Numbered from the stretch's first letter, positions 1 through 9,163 are shown. The stretch is 64,000 nt of DNA from a bacterium (GCA_021785355.1 JAJYFR010000001.1:66976-130975), one strand, 5' to 3'. Translations and numbers: made by a program. Notes: a model not told the origin generated them from the letters alone.

Positions 1-31
1 TTACGATTTGTTATGTTGAGGATTTGATGTC

Positions 32-400
32 ATGTATACTTATTTTAATAAAACAGCTTATATTCCTAAGATTTTAGTGAAATCTATGATTTCTGTAAAT
101 CCTAATATTTTAATAACAACTTTAATTGATTTTATGTTTGTTTTAGTGGGTTTTATTTTTTTTATAACTGTATTAATCTCTGGGGTTGAGTGGATGGTAT
201 CTGGTTCTGATAGTAAAAAAAATGAAAATGCTAAAAAAAGATTAATAAACTCAATAATAGGTATATTTATTATTGGAGGATCTTATTTAATCTTAGAAGT
301 TTTAGGAGGTATATTAGGGTTTAATAATTTTTTTAATAAAACTCTGTTTACGAATAAATGCAATAATACTACATATCAGAATCATATATGTCTAGGTTAA
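32..400 (+). CDS. VirB2/TrbC-like T4SS pilin family small membrane protein (paralog 1, no cleavable signal peptide)
   Basis: 122 aa with two hydrophobic helices flanking a charged loop (GVEWMVSGSDSKKNENAKKRLINSIIGIFIIGGSYLILEVLGG), strongly paralogous to the next ORF. C-terminal tail carries two Cys. An in-frame TGA lies upstream at 17-19, so the ORF starts inside the window. Confidence 0.4.
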   Translation: MYTYFNKTAYIPKILVKSMISVNPNILITTLIDFMFVLVGFIFFITVLISGVEWMVSGSDSKKNENAKKRLINSIIGIFIIGGSYLILEVLGGILGFNNFFNKTLFTNKCNNTTYQNHICLG

Positions 401-471
401 TATTGCAAAAATATTAGAAATCTTATATAGTCTATGTTATAATAGTATAAGTTTAGTCTATAAGAACAAAT

Positions 472-927
472 ATGAAAAGAATTAAAAATAAAATATTAAG
501 TTTAATTTTAACTTTATCAGCTCTAATCTCAGCAACATTAGTTCCTGTGTTTGCAGCTACTAGTTATGTTCCTGCATCTATATCAGGTTCTACTCTATCT
601 ACAAATCCAAATGGAATAATATCTACAATTATTAATTTTCTTTTTATAATAGTAGGTTTAATATTCTTTGTTATTCTTGTTATTGCAGGAATACAGTGGG
701 TAACAGCAGGTGGAGAAGAGAAAGGAAAAGAGGAAGCTCAAAAAAGAATTATTAATGCAATCATAGGAGTTGCTATTGTAGCAGGATCTTACTTGATAGT
801 AGAAATAGTATCAGGATTATTAGGAATAGGTGGAATATTTGGAAATAATCTATTTACTCATAATTGTGGTACTACTACAAATTCTTCTGGATCAAGTGTT
901 TGTCTTAATGGTACATTAGGAAATTAA
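472..927 (+). CDS. VirB2/TrbC-like T4SS pilin family small membrane protein (paralog 2, N-terminal signal peptide)
   Basis: 151 aa. Signal-peptide-like N-terminus (MKRIKNKILSLILTLSALISATLVPVFAAT), then the same two-helix core as ORF 32..400 (IAGIQWVTAGGEEKGKEEAQKRIINAIIGVAIVAGSYLIVEIVSG) and a C-terminal Cys pair. Confidence 0.4.
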   Translation: MKRIKNKILSLILTLSALISATLVPVFAATSYVPASISGSTLSTNPNGIISTIINFLFIIVGLIFFVILVIAGIQWVTAGGEEKGKEEAQKRIINAIIGVAIVAGSYLIVEIVSGLLGIGGIFGNNLFTHNCGTTTNSSGSSVCLNGTLGN

Positions 928-943
928 TTTAGATTTATAAAGT

Positions 944-975
944 AAAAAAAAGGAAGCTTTTGCTTCCTTTTTTTT
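944..975. terminator. Bidirectional rho-independent terminator between convergent pilin-like gene (+) and hsp20 (-)
   Basis: A-run 944-950, stem aggaagc (951-957), loop tttt, stem gcttcct (962-968), T-run 969-975. Confidence 0.6.
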
Positions 976-976
976 G

Positions 977-1387
977 TTATTTTACTGAAATACTCTTAGG
1001 TTTTGATTGTTCTGATTTTGGAAGAATAAGAGTAAGTACTCCATTTTTATATTCAGCTTGAGATTTATCATTTTCTACTCTTGATGGTAGAGTAATAGAT
1101 CTTGCTATGCTTTGATGTTTAATCTCTTTTCTGTAATATTTTTTTCCTTTATCTTCATTTTCTTCTTTAGCTTCCGCTTTTATAGTTAAAGTATCTCCTT
1201 CTACAGTTAGGGAGAAGTCTTCCTTTTCAAAACCTGGAGCTTTCATTTTCACTACAACATTGTCTTTTTCTTCATAAATATCTAATGATCCTGTTCCTGT
1301 TTGAAAAAAATTATCCAAATCAAAATCATCGTCATCAAAAAATTTAGGAAAGACTATGTTATAAGGATTCCATCTTGTTATTGCCAT
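977..1387 (-). CDS. Hsp20/alpha-crystallin family small heat-shock protein
   Basis: 136 aa. Alpha-crystallin domain features (KAPGFEKEDFSLTVEGDTLTIKAE ... GVLTLILPK). Good SD aggaggtg upstream on minus strand. Confidence 0.8.
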   Translation of the reverse strand: MAITRWNPYNIVFPKFFDDDDFDLDNFFQTGTGSLDIYEEKDNVVVKMKAPGFEKEDFSLTVEGDTLTIKAEAKEENEDKGKKYYRKEIKHQSIARSITLPSRVENDKSQAEYKNGVLTLILPKSEQSKPKSISVK

Positions 1388-1471
1388 AAATATTCACCTC
1401 CTTTTATCACTCATTAGTGATGTCTGCCAATATTTTACAACTAGTTTTTTCATTTGTCAACACATCTTTGT

Positions 1472-1477
1472 TATAAT
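1472..1477 (+). promoter_or_regulatory. Candidate extended -10 promoter (TGtTATAAT) for the sbcD-sbcC-spoIID-like operon
   Basis: ctttgtTATAATg 10 nt upstream of ATG 1487. Weak -35. Confidence 0.3.
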
Positions 1478-1486
1478 GATTAAATA

Positions 1487-2611
1487 ATGAATAATATTAC
1501 TTTTATACATACAGCAGATATACATTTAGGACGTAAGTTTCTTTACTTAAAAGATAAATCAATTGAGGCTAGAGAACATTTATTCGATATTTTAGAAAAA
1601 ATTGTAAATATAGCTATAGAGAAGAATGTTAAATTTTTAATAATATCAGGAGATCTTTTTGATTCTAATAATCCTTCAATGTATGTAGTAGCAAAATTTT
1701 TAGATAGTGTTTCTTTATTAGAAAAACATAAGATAAAGATAATCTTACTTCCAGGAACTCATGATTATTTAAAAGCAAATGGAATATATTCTAATAGTAT
1801 TTTCAATTCATATAAAAATCTATATATCTTTAATGATCCTAGTAAGAAATCTATTGAATTTGAAGATTTATCTTTAGGTTTTTATGCCTATCCTCCTATT
1901 TCTAATAAAATGAAAGACTCTCCCATTGTAGGTTTTGATTTTAATAATAATCTAAAGTACAGGATCATTCTTGCTCATGGATCAGTTCAAATTACAGGAA
2001 AATCTGCTTTTGATGATAGCCCAATAACTCTTGATGAAATTAAGAATTCAAATGCTTCATATATTGCATTAGGTCACTGGCATCAGAACATAGATTTTTC
2101 CAACACAGTACCATGTTTTTACAGTGGATCACCTGAATTAATAGATTTAGATCAAATTAATTCTGGTTTTGTTATGTATGGAGATCTAAATAATAATAAA
2201 TTTGAAAAAATTAAAGTAGGAGAAAGATTTTTTGATGAAATAATTATACCTATAGATAGTATTAAATCTAGAGAAAAATTAATTGAACAAATCATATCAA
2301 ATGCAGATAGAAATCTTATAAGAAAAGTTAATATAATAGGTAAAAAGAACGAAAGTACCTTAGGTTTGAATTTTGATTTAATTAGAGATGAGATATATAA
2401 GTATTTCTATTATCTTATTATTGATGATAAATCATATTTGGATATAGATCTTTCTATAGATTATGATAATTTATCAAGCATAGAGAAAGCTTATATAGAT
2501 AAAATGAAAAATTTAATAGATAATTCTAAAACTGAAGAAGAGAAAGATCTATATAAAGAGTCTTTAGAATTAGGTTATGCATTATTACAAGGGAGGTTTG
2601 ATTTACTATGA
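1487..2611 (+). CDS. sbcD: Mre11/SbcD-family DNA repair exonuclease (calcineurin-like metallophosphoesterase)
   Basis: 374 aa. Phosphoesterase motifs HTADIHLG, ISGDLFD, LPGTHD, ILAHGS, ALGHWHQ. Stop overlaps next start (ATGA). Confidence 0.8.
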   Translation: MNNITFIHTADIHLGRKFLYLKDKSIEAREHLFDILEKIVNIAIEKNVKFLIISGDLFDSNNPSMYVVAKFLDSVSLLEKHKIKIILLPGTHDYLKANGIYSNSIFNSYKNLYIFNDPSKKSIEFEDLSLGFYAYPPISNKMKDSPIVGFDFNNNLKYRIILAHGSVQITGKSAFDDSPITLDEIKNSNASYIALGHWHQNIDFSNTVPCFYSGSPELIDLDQINSGFVMYGDLNNNKFEKIKVGERFFDEIIIPIDSIKSREKLIEQIISNADRNLIRKVNIIGKKNESTLGLNFDLIRDEIYKYFYYLIIDDKSYLDIDLSIDYDNLSSIEKAYIDKMKNLIDNSKTEEEKDLYKESLELGYALLQGRFDLL

Positions 2612-4668
2612 AGCTTAAAAATATAGATATACAAAATTTTAGACAAATAGAGAATAAAAAATATGAGTTTAAAGATGATATAAACATAATATATGGTAAA
2701 AATGAATCTGGAAAAACCACTTTATTTTATTCAATAATATCTGCTTTTTTTGATAATCCTAAAAAAATAAGAAAAACTTTACTTGAAAGTTATAAGCCTT
2801 GGGGTAAAGATGTTTATCCTGTAATAAAATTTTTATTACAAAAAGATAATGACAAATTCTATATTACTAAAGATTTTAATCAGAAAAAAACTTATTTGAA
2901 TGATAATGAAGTCGAAAATGTAGACAAATTAATACTAGATCTACTAGGACTTAATAAAGATTTATTTGAAAAATTATCATGTGTATACCAAAATCAAATA
3001 TCTTCTATTGAGGATAATCCAAAAGCTTTAGAAAAGTCCATATTAGATATAATATCTTCAAATTCTTCACAAGGAGTAAATGTTTTAGAAGTTGAAGATA
3101 AAATACAGAAAAAAGTTCAAAATATGAAATTAGGTTTAGATAGAGCATCTAAAAATATAGGAATATTAAAAAAATTAGATTTAGAAATAGAAGATTTAGA
3201 ACAAAAAATATTATTTGATAAAAAAGAGTTATCTTCATATTCTGAGAAGATAGATGATTTGAGTAAGAAAAAGAAAGAGAGAAGTGATATAGAAAAAAGA
3301 TTCAATGAAAATAAATCTTTTATAGAAAAATCACAAAAAGCAAAAACTTTAGTATCTCAACTAAAGAATATAGAAGAAGAAATGAAATCTTTAGAATCTA
3401 AATTAAATAGATTGAATAATTTAAATAAAGATTTTGAAAGAGTACAAAGTGAATACCAAAAAGATTTATTAGAAAAAATGGATAAAGCTCAGGACAAGAT
3501 AATAAATCTAAGAAATTCAATAGATTTAAGAAAAAATGATTTGAAGTTATTAGAAGTAGAGAAAGGAAACATAGATAATATGAAGTTAAAACCGATTAGG
3601 ACTAATTCTCCTATAATAATTATTGTAAGTTTATTTCTTCTTCTTCTTACATTTATATCAGCATTCTTTTCTTTTTATATACTTATAAGTTTATTTTTAG
3701 ATATAGTGTTTGTAGCCTTCTATTTACGATTTGTGGATTATAATAGGCTTGAAAAATTTCATAATCCAGCTATAGAAGGAATTAGTTCTCTTCAAAAAGA
3801 TATTTTAGATAAAGAAACGGAACTAAATTTAATATTAAGTGAATTTCATCTAACAAATATTAATGAATTTTTTAAAAAAAGAACGAAAATGCTTTCTTTA
3901 AAAGAAGAGTTTATCAAATTAGATTCAACTATAAGAGGACTTTTAGGTACAGATTCTTTAGAAATATTTGAGAATAAATTAAGTGAATTTTCCATGAAAA
4001 AGAGGGATATAAATACAGAATTAGATCAAGGATTGAGAGATTTTATGGATATAGATAAAATTCTTTTAAATAGAAAGATTTTAGAAAATGAAGACTTAGA
4101 TCTAGATCTTTTTTCTTTAAATGAAGATATTATTGCACTGGAGTCTAGAGTAGGTGATAATTCTATTACAGAAGAAGATATTGAGAATTTAGAATTGTTA
4201 TTAGAAAATAAAAAGGAAGAAAAAAGTTTTTATTCAAAAAGATTGAATGTATTAAATATCATAGTAAACAATTTGTCTGGAGCAAAAGATACTGTTATAA
4301 AAACAATATCTGAAGATTTAGTTAAACTAGGGAGTGAGTGGATAGAAAAAATAACGGAAGGTAAATATTCTAAAATAGATTTATTAAATAATGAAAAATT
4401 TACAATTTTTGACAGAGGAACGAGTAAATATGTAGATTCATCTCAGTTTCTTTCTACAGGTCTTAAAGATCAAATATATTTATTATCTAGGCTTTCTATA
4501 TTAAATGTTGTTTTAGAAGGGAAATCTTCAGTTATGTTTTTTGATGATCCATTTATTAATTTTGATATAGAGAGATTAACTATATTAATAGATCTTTTAA
4601 AAAACTTTTCCTCTAATAATCAAATTTTCATATTTACTTGTCATAAAATATTAAAAGATTTGGCATGA
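2608..4668 (+). CDS. sbcC: Rad50/SbcC-family SMC-like ATPase with a central transmembrane hairpin in place of a zinc hook
   Basis: 686 aa. N-terminal Walker A GKNESGKTT. C-terminal signature LSTGLKDQ, Walker B VMFFDDPF. Long coiled-coil-like K/E/L-rich arms. About 40 hydrophobic residues at aa 334-373 (nt 3607-3726); no CxxC in the middle. Confidence 0.75.
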   Translation: MKLKNIDIQNFRQIENKKYEFKDDINIIYGKNESGKTTLFYSIISAFFDNPKKIRKTLLESYKPWGKDVYPVIKFLLQKDNDKFYITKDFNQKKTYLNDNEVENVDKLILDLLGLNKDLFEKLSCVYQNQISSIEDNPKALEKSILDIISSNSSQGVNVLEVEDKIQKKVQNMKLGLDRASKNIGILKKLDLEIEDLEQKILFDKKELSSYSEKIDDLSKKKKERSDIEKRFNENKSFIEKSQKAKTLVSQLKNIEEEMKSLESKLNRLNNLNKDFERVQSEYQKDLLEKMDKAQDKIINLRNSIDLRKNDLKLLEVEKGNIDNMKLKPIRTNSPIIIIVSLFLLLLTFISAFFSFYILISLFLDIVFVAFYLRFVDYNRLEKFHNPAIEGISSLQKDILDKETELNLILSEFHLTNINEFFKKRTKMLSLKEEFIKLDSTIRGLLGTDSLEIFENKLSEFSMKKRDINTELDQGLRDFMDIDKILLNRKILENEDLDLDLFSLNEDIIALESRVGDNSITEEDIENLELLLENKKEEKSFYSKRLNVLNIIVNNLSGAKDTVIKTISEDLVKLGSEWIEKITEGKYSKIDLLNNEKFTIFDRGTSKYVDSSQFLSTGLKDQIYLLSRLSILNVVLEGKSSVMFFDDPFINFDIERLTILIDLLKNFSSNNQIFIFTCHKILKDLA

Positions 4669-6524
4669 ATATTATTAAAAGAAAATACATTTATATACTT
4701 TTATTCTTTATATTTATAGTGTCTATTAAAACTTTGTTTGCTCAAAGTGTAGGTAGTGTTAGTCAATATAATTCTCAAATCAATCAAGATAATCAACAAA
4801 TACAACAATTGCAAACTCAAGAAACTTCTCTACAGAATGCGTTAAATTCTCAAATTGCAAATAAAAATACAATACTTTCTAATTTATATAATATTAATTC
4901 TAATATATATACTTATGAAAGTAATATAAGTAAGATAAAAATCTTAATCTCAAATCTTAATTCATTAAATATCAAAAATAGGGAAAAGATAAAAAAAGAT
5001 ATTATTGTTAGAAATAATATAGAAAGTTCTATTTATATAAATATGCAAACAAACCCTATATATTATATTTTTTCTTCTAAAGATTTTAATAATGCAATTG
5101 TAACTATATATTTAAGTCTTTCTCAATTGTCTTCATATAAAAACAAGATAATATCTATAAATAATGAGATTAATACAATAAAAACTGACCTTTTGAAGCA
5201 GAAGAATTTTGAAAATACTCTTATTACAGAAGAAAATAATCTTAAACCTGTTCAACAAACCCTATATTCCAATCTGAATCAATATAATAATTCTATAAAT
5301 AGTACAAACAACACACTTAATCAAGTTGGAGGTCAAATCTCTGCACTTCAAGCCGATATTCAAAGACTTAATAATCTTGAAACTTTAGCTCAAGCAAAAG
5401 CTTCAACTCAAACATCTTCACCTCCTAGTGAAATAAATCCAAATCCATTATCCAGTTGTAATAATAATCAATGTAATTTTCAATTTACATCATATGGTTT
5501 TGGTAATCCTATGGGAATGTCTCAATATGGAATGTTAGGGATGGCAAATCAGGGCAGTAATGCATCTCAGATAGCTACTAACTATTATCAAGGAAGTAGT
5601 ATTTCTGCTGTAGCAAATTTAGATAATACTATAGTTAATGTTCCAGGATATGGAAAAATGACACTACAGAATTATTTAGCGGGAATAGGAGAAGTTCCAA
5701 ACTCTTGGCCCAATCAAGCTATTGAGGCCCAAATAATAATATCTAGAAGTTATGTTCTATATAGGCTAGATTCTTGTTCTGATTATTCATCTTGTACTCC
5801 TACTGTACCTACAAATATAAATATACCTTCAACAGGAACCGATTTTCAAGTATATGACGGTGGGACCGCTAAAATGAGTGAAGTTATAGCTAGTGAAAAT
5901 CAAGTGCTAACATATAATGGATCTTTAGTTAATGCCTTTTTTTCTTCTTCTAATGGAGGATACGAAGAGAGTATAGGTACTGTAGAGTGTGTTTTATGGA
6001 ATAATTGTAATTACAGTTCTTTTCTTTCGAATTATCTTAAAGCTCAACCAGACCCATATGATACCTCAACTGCTAATGTAGACCCTTCTTATCAATATGC
6101 AAATCCTGCTATGAATACGACACAACTTATTAATATAGTAAATACAGCACAAGCTTTGTGTGCAGGTGTAAATTCTTGTTATTTATTTAATAATAATAAT
6201 GGGTCGAATTCTTTTGATAATGCTTATTCAACGGATAATTCTAATACTAATTATAATAATTCTTCAAATGATACATTTACCAATATCAATCAATACCTTA
6301 CATCTAATGGTATATCTCCGATAAATTCTATTGTAAATTTTTCAATATCTACAATGGGACATATGCCATCTGAGATTAATGTAGTAAGTCTTCATCATAA
6401 TATAACAATAAATGCGGGAGTGTTTTGGTTAGCATTTTTATTAGTTTCTCCTAATTATTCTAATTTTAATGATGATTTAGTCGGTTTTAGATATACAGTT
6501 AATATAACAGGTACTACACCATAG
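4665..6524 (+). CDS. Secreted coiled-coil protein with C-terminal SpoIID/LytB-like domain
   Basis: 619 aa. N-terminal signal/anchor (ILLFFIFIVSIKTLFAQS), Q/N-rich coiled-coil region. SpoIID-like motif GFGNPMGMSQYGMLGMANQG ... YYQGSS. Start overlaps sbcC stop (ATGA). Confidence 0.5.
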   Translation: MNIIKRKYIYILLFFIFIVSIKTLFAQSVGSVSQYNSQINQDNQQIQQLQTQETSLQNALNSQIANKNTILSNLYNINSNIYTYESNISKIKILISNLNSLNIKNREKIKKDIIVRNNIESSIYINMQTNPIYYIFSSKDFNNAIVTIYLSLSQLSSYKNKIISINNEINTIKTDLLKQKNFENTLITEENNLKPVQQTLYSNLNQYNNSINSTNNTLNQVGGQISALQADIQRLNNLETLAQAKASTQTSSPPSEINPNPLSSCNNNQCNFQFTSYGFGNPMGMSQYGMLGMANQGSNASQIATNYYQGSSISAVANLDNTIVNVPGYGKMTLQNYLAGIGEVPNSWPNQAIEAQIIISRSYVLYRLDSCSDYSSCTPTVPTNINIPSTGTDFQVYDGGTAKMSEVIASENQVLTYNGSLVNAFFSSSNGGYEESIGTVECVLWNNCNYSSFLSNYLKAQPDPYDTSTANVDPSYQYANPAMNTTQLINIVNTAQALCAGVNSCYLFNNNNGSNSFDNAYSTDNSNTNYNNSSNDTFTNINQYLTSNGISPINSIVNFSISTMGHMPSEINVVSLHHNITINAGVFWLAFLLVSPNYSNFNDDLVGFRYTVNITGTTP

Positions 6525-6568
6525 ATAGTGTATATTTGATTTTTTAAATATGGTATCATTTTTATATA

Positions 6569-7657
6569 ATGAAATTAGATGTAAAAATAAAGACATATAT
6601 ACCTAAGAATAATGAAAAAGATTCATTTTCTCATGTATATATGCATGATCCACAAGAAGAAAGTCTTCTTGAAACAAGAGGAAAACTATTTTCAGCTATA
6701 GATGTAAGGACTAAGAATAGAGATGTAGATATAGAATCTTTAGTAAATGAGTTTCTAGATAATATAGAGTTAGAATATTTTAGTAATGATGTCTCTAGTA
6801 TTATAAATATTCTTGATAAATCAGTAAATATAGCTTATTCAAAATTATCACAAAAGATTATAGATATGGAATTGAGTGGGAATATAGATTTTAATGTAGG
6901 TTGTTTTGTAATTTGGGGTGATATTGCTTATATGGCAAGAATAGGGGAAACAAAGATTTATCTTTTTAGAGACGGTAAGTTTATGAATTTATCAGATCAT
7001 TTATTAGCAGTTGGAAAGAGTATTGTCTCTACAGCTAGTGGATATGCTAAAAATAAAGATATTTTTTTTATGTCCACATCTTTGATTAAAAACTATTTAG
7101 ATGAGAAAAAAATAAAAGATATTTGTAATTCATCTCAAGAAGAAATTTCACAAATGGAATTAGGGAATAAGAATATATCATTTATTGTAATGCAAATAGA
7201 AACAACAGAGGAAGATATAAAAGATGAAGAATTAGAAAAAGATGAAGAGGTAGTAGTTGAATTAAATGATTCTTCTGATAATATAGAGAGTGAAGAACAT
7301 ATAGATAATATTCAGAAAAGATCTCTTAATGATTTTGATTTAAAAAATAAAGCGAAAAAAATGACCTCTTATATTATAAATTCAACAAAAAATACTTCTT
7401 CTAATATATACAAAAATATAAATACTAATGTAAAGAAAGTGGATTGGAAATCTTTAATGAAATCTATTTTAACTGTTATATTAACTTTTTTTGAATGGAT
7501 ATTTTATTCACTAGTATACCTAAAAGATAGATCCCAAAAACAATATAAATTAAAAATTAATAGAGATATAGAGATTTTAAAAAAAGAGAAAAAAACAGTT
7601 ATTGGTATAGTAATATTTCTTATATTATTTATACTAATATATAATTTTTTTTTTTAA
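6569..7657 (+). CDS. Hypothetical membrane-anchored protein with PP2C-phosphatase-like core (possibly degenerate), acidic linker and C-terminal TM
   Basis: 362 aa. NVGCFVIWGDIAYMARIGETKIYLFRDGKFMNLSDH resembles the PP2C motif (VANVGDSRAYL.RDG...LT.DH) with D-to-E change. DE-rich linker. C-terminal hydrophobic helix. Confidence 0.3.
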   Translation: MKLDVKIKTYIPKNNEKDSFSHVYMHDPQEESLLETRGKLFSAIDVRTKNRDVDIESLVNEFLDNIELEYFSNDVSSIINILDKSVNIAYSKLSQKIIDMELSGNIDFNVGCFVIWGDIAYMARIGETKIYLFRDGKFMNLSDHLLAVGKSIVSTASGYAKNKDIFFMSTSLIKNYLDEKKIKDICNSSQEEISQMELGNKNISFIVMQIETTEEDIKDEELEKDEEVVVELNDSSDNIESEEHIDNIQKRSLNDFDLKNKAKKMTSYIINSTKNTSSNIYKNINTNVKKVDWKSLMKSILTVILTFFEWIFYSLVYLKDRSQKQYKLKINRDIEILKKEKKTVIGIVIFLILFILIYNFFF

Positions 7658-7799
7658 AGCTCTAAAAAATCAAAAAAATACATATAGTAGTAATATTGTA
7701 TCAAAAAAAATTTTATCTGAGATTGCTACTAATATTAAATCTATAAATAATCAAAATTCTATATCTTCAAAAGATATTATTATAAATAGAACTTATTCT

Positions 7800-8711
7800 T
7801 TGATTAATAAATTAAAAGATAATTCTTCTAGTAAATCTTACCTTAATGAATTGAACAATATATATTATTCTTTAAATGATGTAATTCCTATAAATAATTA
7901 TACAATCCTGTCAGACATAGGGATTTCTTATCCTGGAGCTGAAATTAGTTCTTTACAAAACTTATCTGGAAATATATATCTAACTGATCCTAAACTGCAA
8001 TATGTATATTCAATATCAGATACTACTCAATCAACTCCAACTCAGTTTGAGAGATTGTCTTCAGGTATATCCATTCCTCAATCAATTACATATTCATTGT
8101 CAAAGAATTCCTTATTTTTATATGACACAGATAGAGGTCTTTTTAGTGTAGCACTAAATGGAACTTTATCTCCAATAATAGGTCCTGTACCAAATTCAAA
8201 TATATCAAGTATTCAATCATATATGGGGAACATCTATATGTTAGATAGCTCTAAAGGTATAATATATAATGTAAACACAACAACTCTTTCATATACTAAT
8301 GGATTAAAATCCAAATATTTAGTAGGTGCAAGGTCGTTTGCTGTAGATGGAAATATTTTTGTTATAGATAAATCTGGTAATATTGTACGTTTTTATGCAA
8401 ATACATATACTCCATTTGCAATTTCTAATTCTCAAGCTATGGAATATTCTTTGAATAAGAGTTCATATATTTATGATAATCAGTACTCTAATTATATATA
8501 TATTGTAGATCCAGCTCATTACAGAATAGTAGTTTTACAAAAACCTGCAGCAGGTTCAGTAAATACAACGGATTATAAATTTGTAAAGCAGTATGTATAT
8601 ACAGGAAGTAATAAAAGCTTATTTTCAAATATAACAGATTTATCGATATCAGCATCTGGAAAGAGTTTTTATTTATTATCTGGAACTAAAATAATTAAAA
8701 TATTTATATGA
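7800..8711 (+). CDS. Hypothetical protein with repeated beta-propeller-like (NHL/YVTN-type) blades
   Basis: 303 aa. Repeats GNIYLTDPK, GNIYMLDSSKGIIYNV, DGNIFVIDKSGNIVRF, NYIYIVDPAHYRIVVL. The only start available is TTG at 7800: frame open from 7638, no ATG/GTG, no SD. Start uncertain. Confidence 0.3.
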   Translation: MINKLKDNSSSKSYLNELNNIYYSLNDVIPINNYTILSDIGISYPGAEISSLQNLSGNIYLTDPKLQYVYSISDTTQSTPTQFERLSSGISIPQSITYSLSKNSLFLYDTDRGLFSVALNGTLSPIIGPVPNSNISSIQSYMGNIYMLDSSKGIIYNVNTTTLSYTNGLKSKYLVGARSFAVDGNIFVIDKSGNIVRFYANTYTPFAISNSQAMEYSLNKSSYIYDNQYSNYIYIVDPAHYRIVVLQKPAAGSVNTTDYKFVKQYVYTGSNKSLFSNITDLSISASGKSFYLLSGTKIIKIFI

Positions 8712-9163
8712 AATTAATAGTATCTAATAAAAAGGTCTCCCATAACTATGAGATTATACAAAAATATATATCAGGTATAATACTTTATGGTTATGAAGTA
8801 AAATCTGTGAAATCAGGAAGTATAAGTTTGTCAGAATCATTTATTACTCTAAGAGAGGAAGAATTATTCATTTTACATATGTATATTGCTCCAATAGCAG
8901 AGATAAAGAATATGGAAAGATATAATTCTTTGAGAGAAAGAAAACTTTTATTAAATAAAAATGAAATAAATGAAATAGGGAAGTATTTAAAGCAATCAGG
9001 GTATACAATAGTACCTCTTTCTGTTTTTTTGAAAAATGGGTTAATAAAATTAAATATTGCTGTAGTTAAAGGTTTAAAGCAGTATGATAAACGAGAAAAA
9101 GAGAAGAAAAGATCTCATGAAATGGATATAGAAAGATCTCAGAATATAAAATATAAATTATAG
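8708..9163 (+). CDS. smpB: SsrA-binding protein SmpB
   Basis: 151 aa. Typical SmpB layout (N-terminal KKVSHNYEI...GYEVKS, C-terminal basic tail KREKEKKRSHEMDIER). Confidence 0.85.
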   Translation: MKLIVSNKKVSHNYEIIQKYISGIILYGYEVKSVKSGSISLSESFITLREEELFILHMYIAPIAEIKNMERYNSLRERKLLLNKNEINEIGKYLKQSGYTIVPLSVFLKNGLIKLNIAVVKGLKQYDKREKEKKRSHEMDIERSQNIKYKL

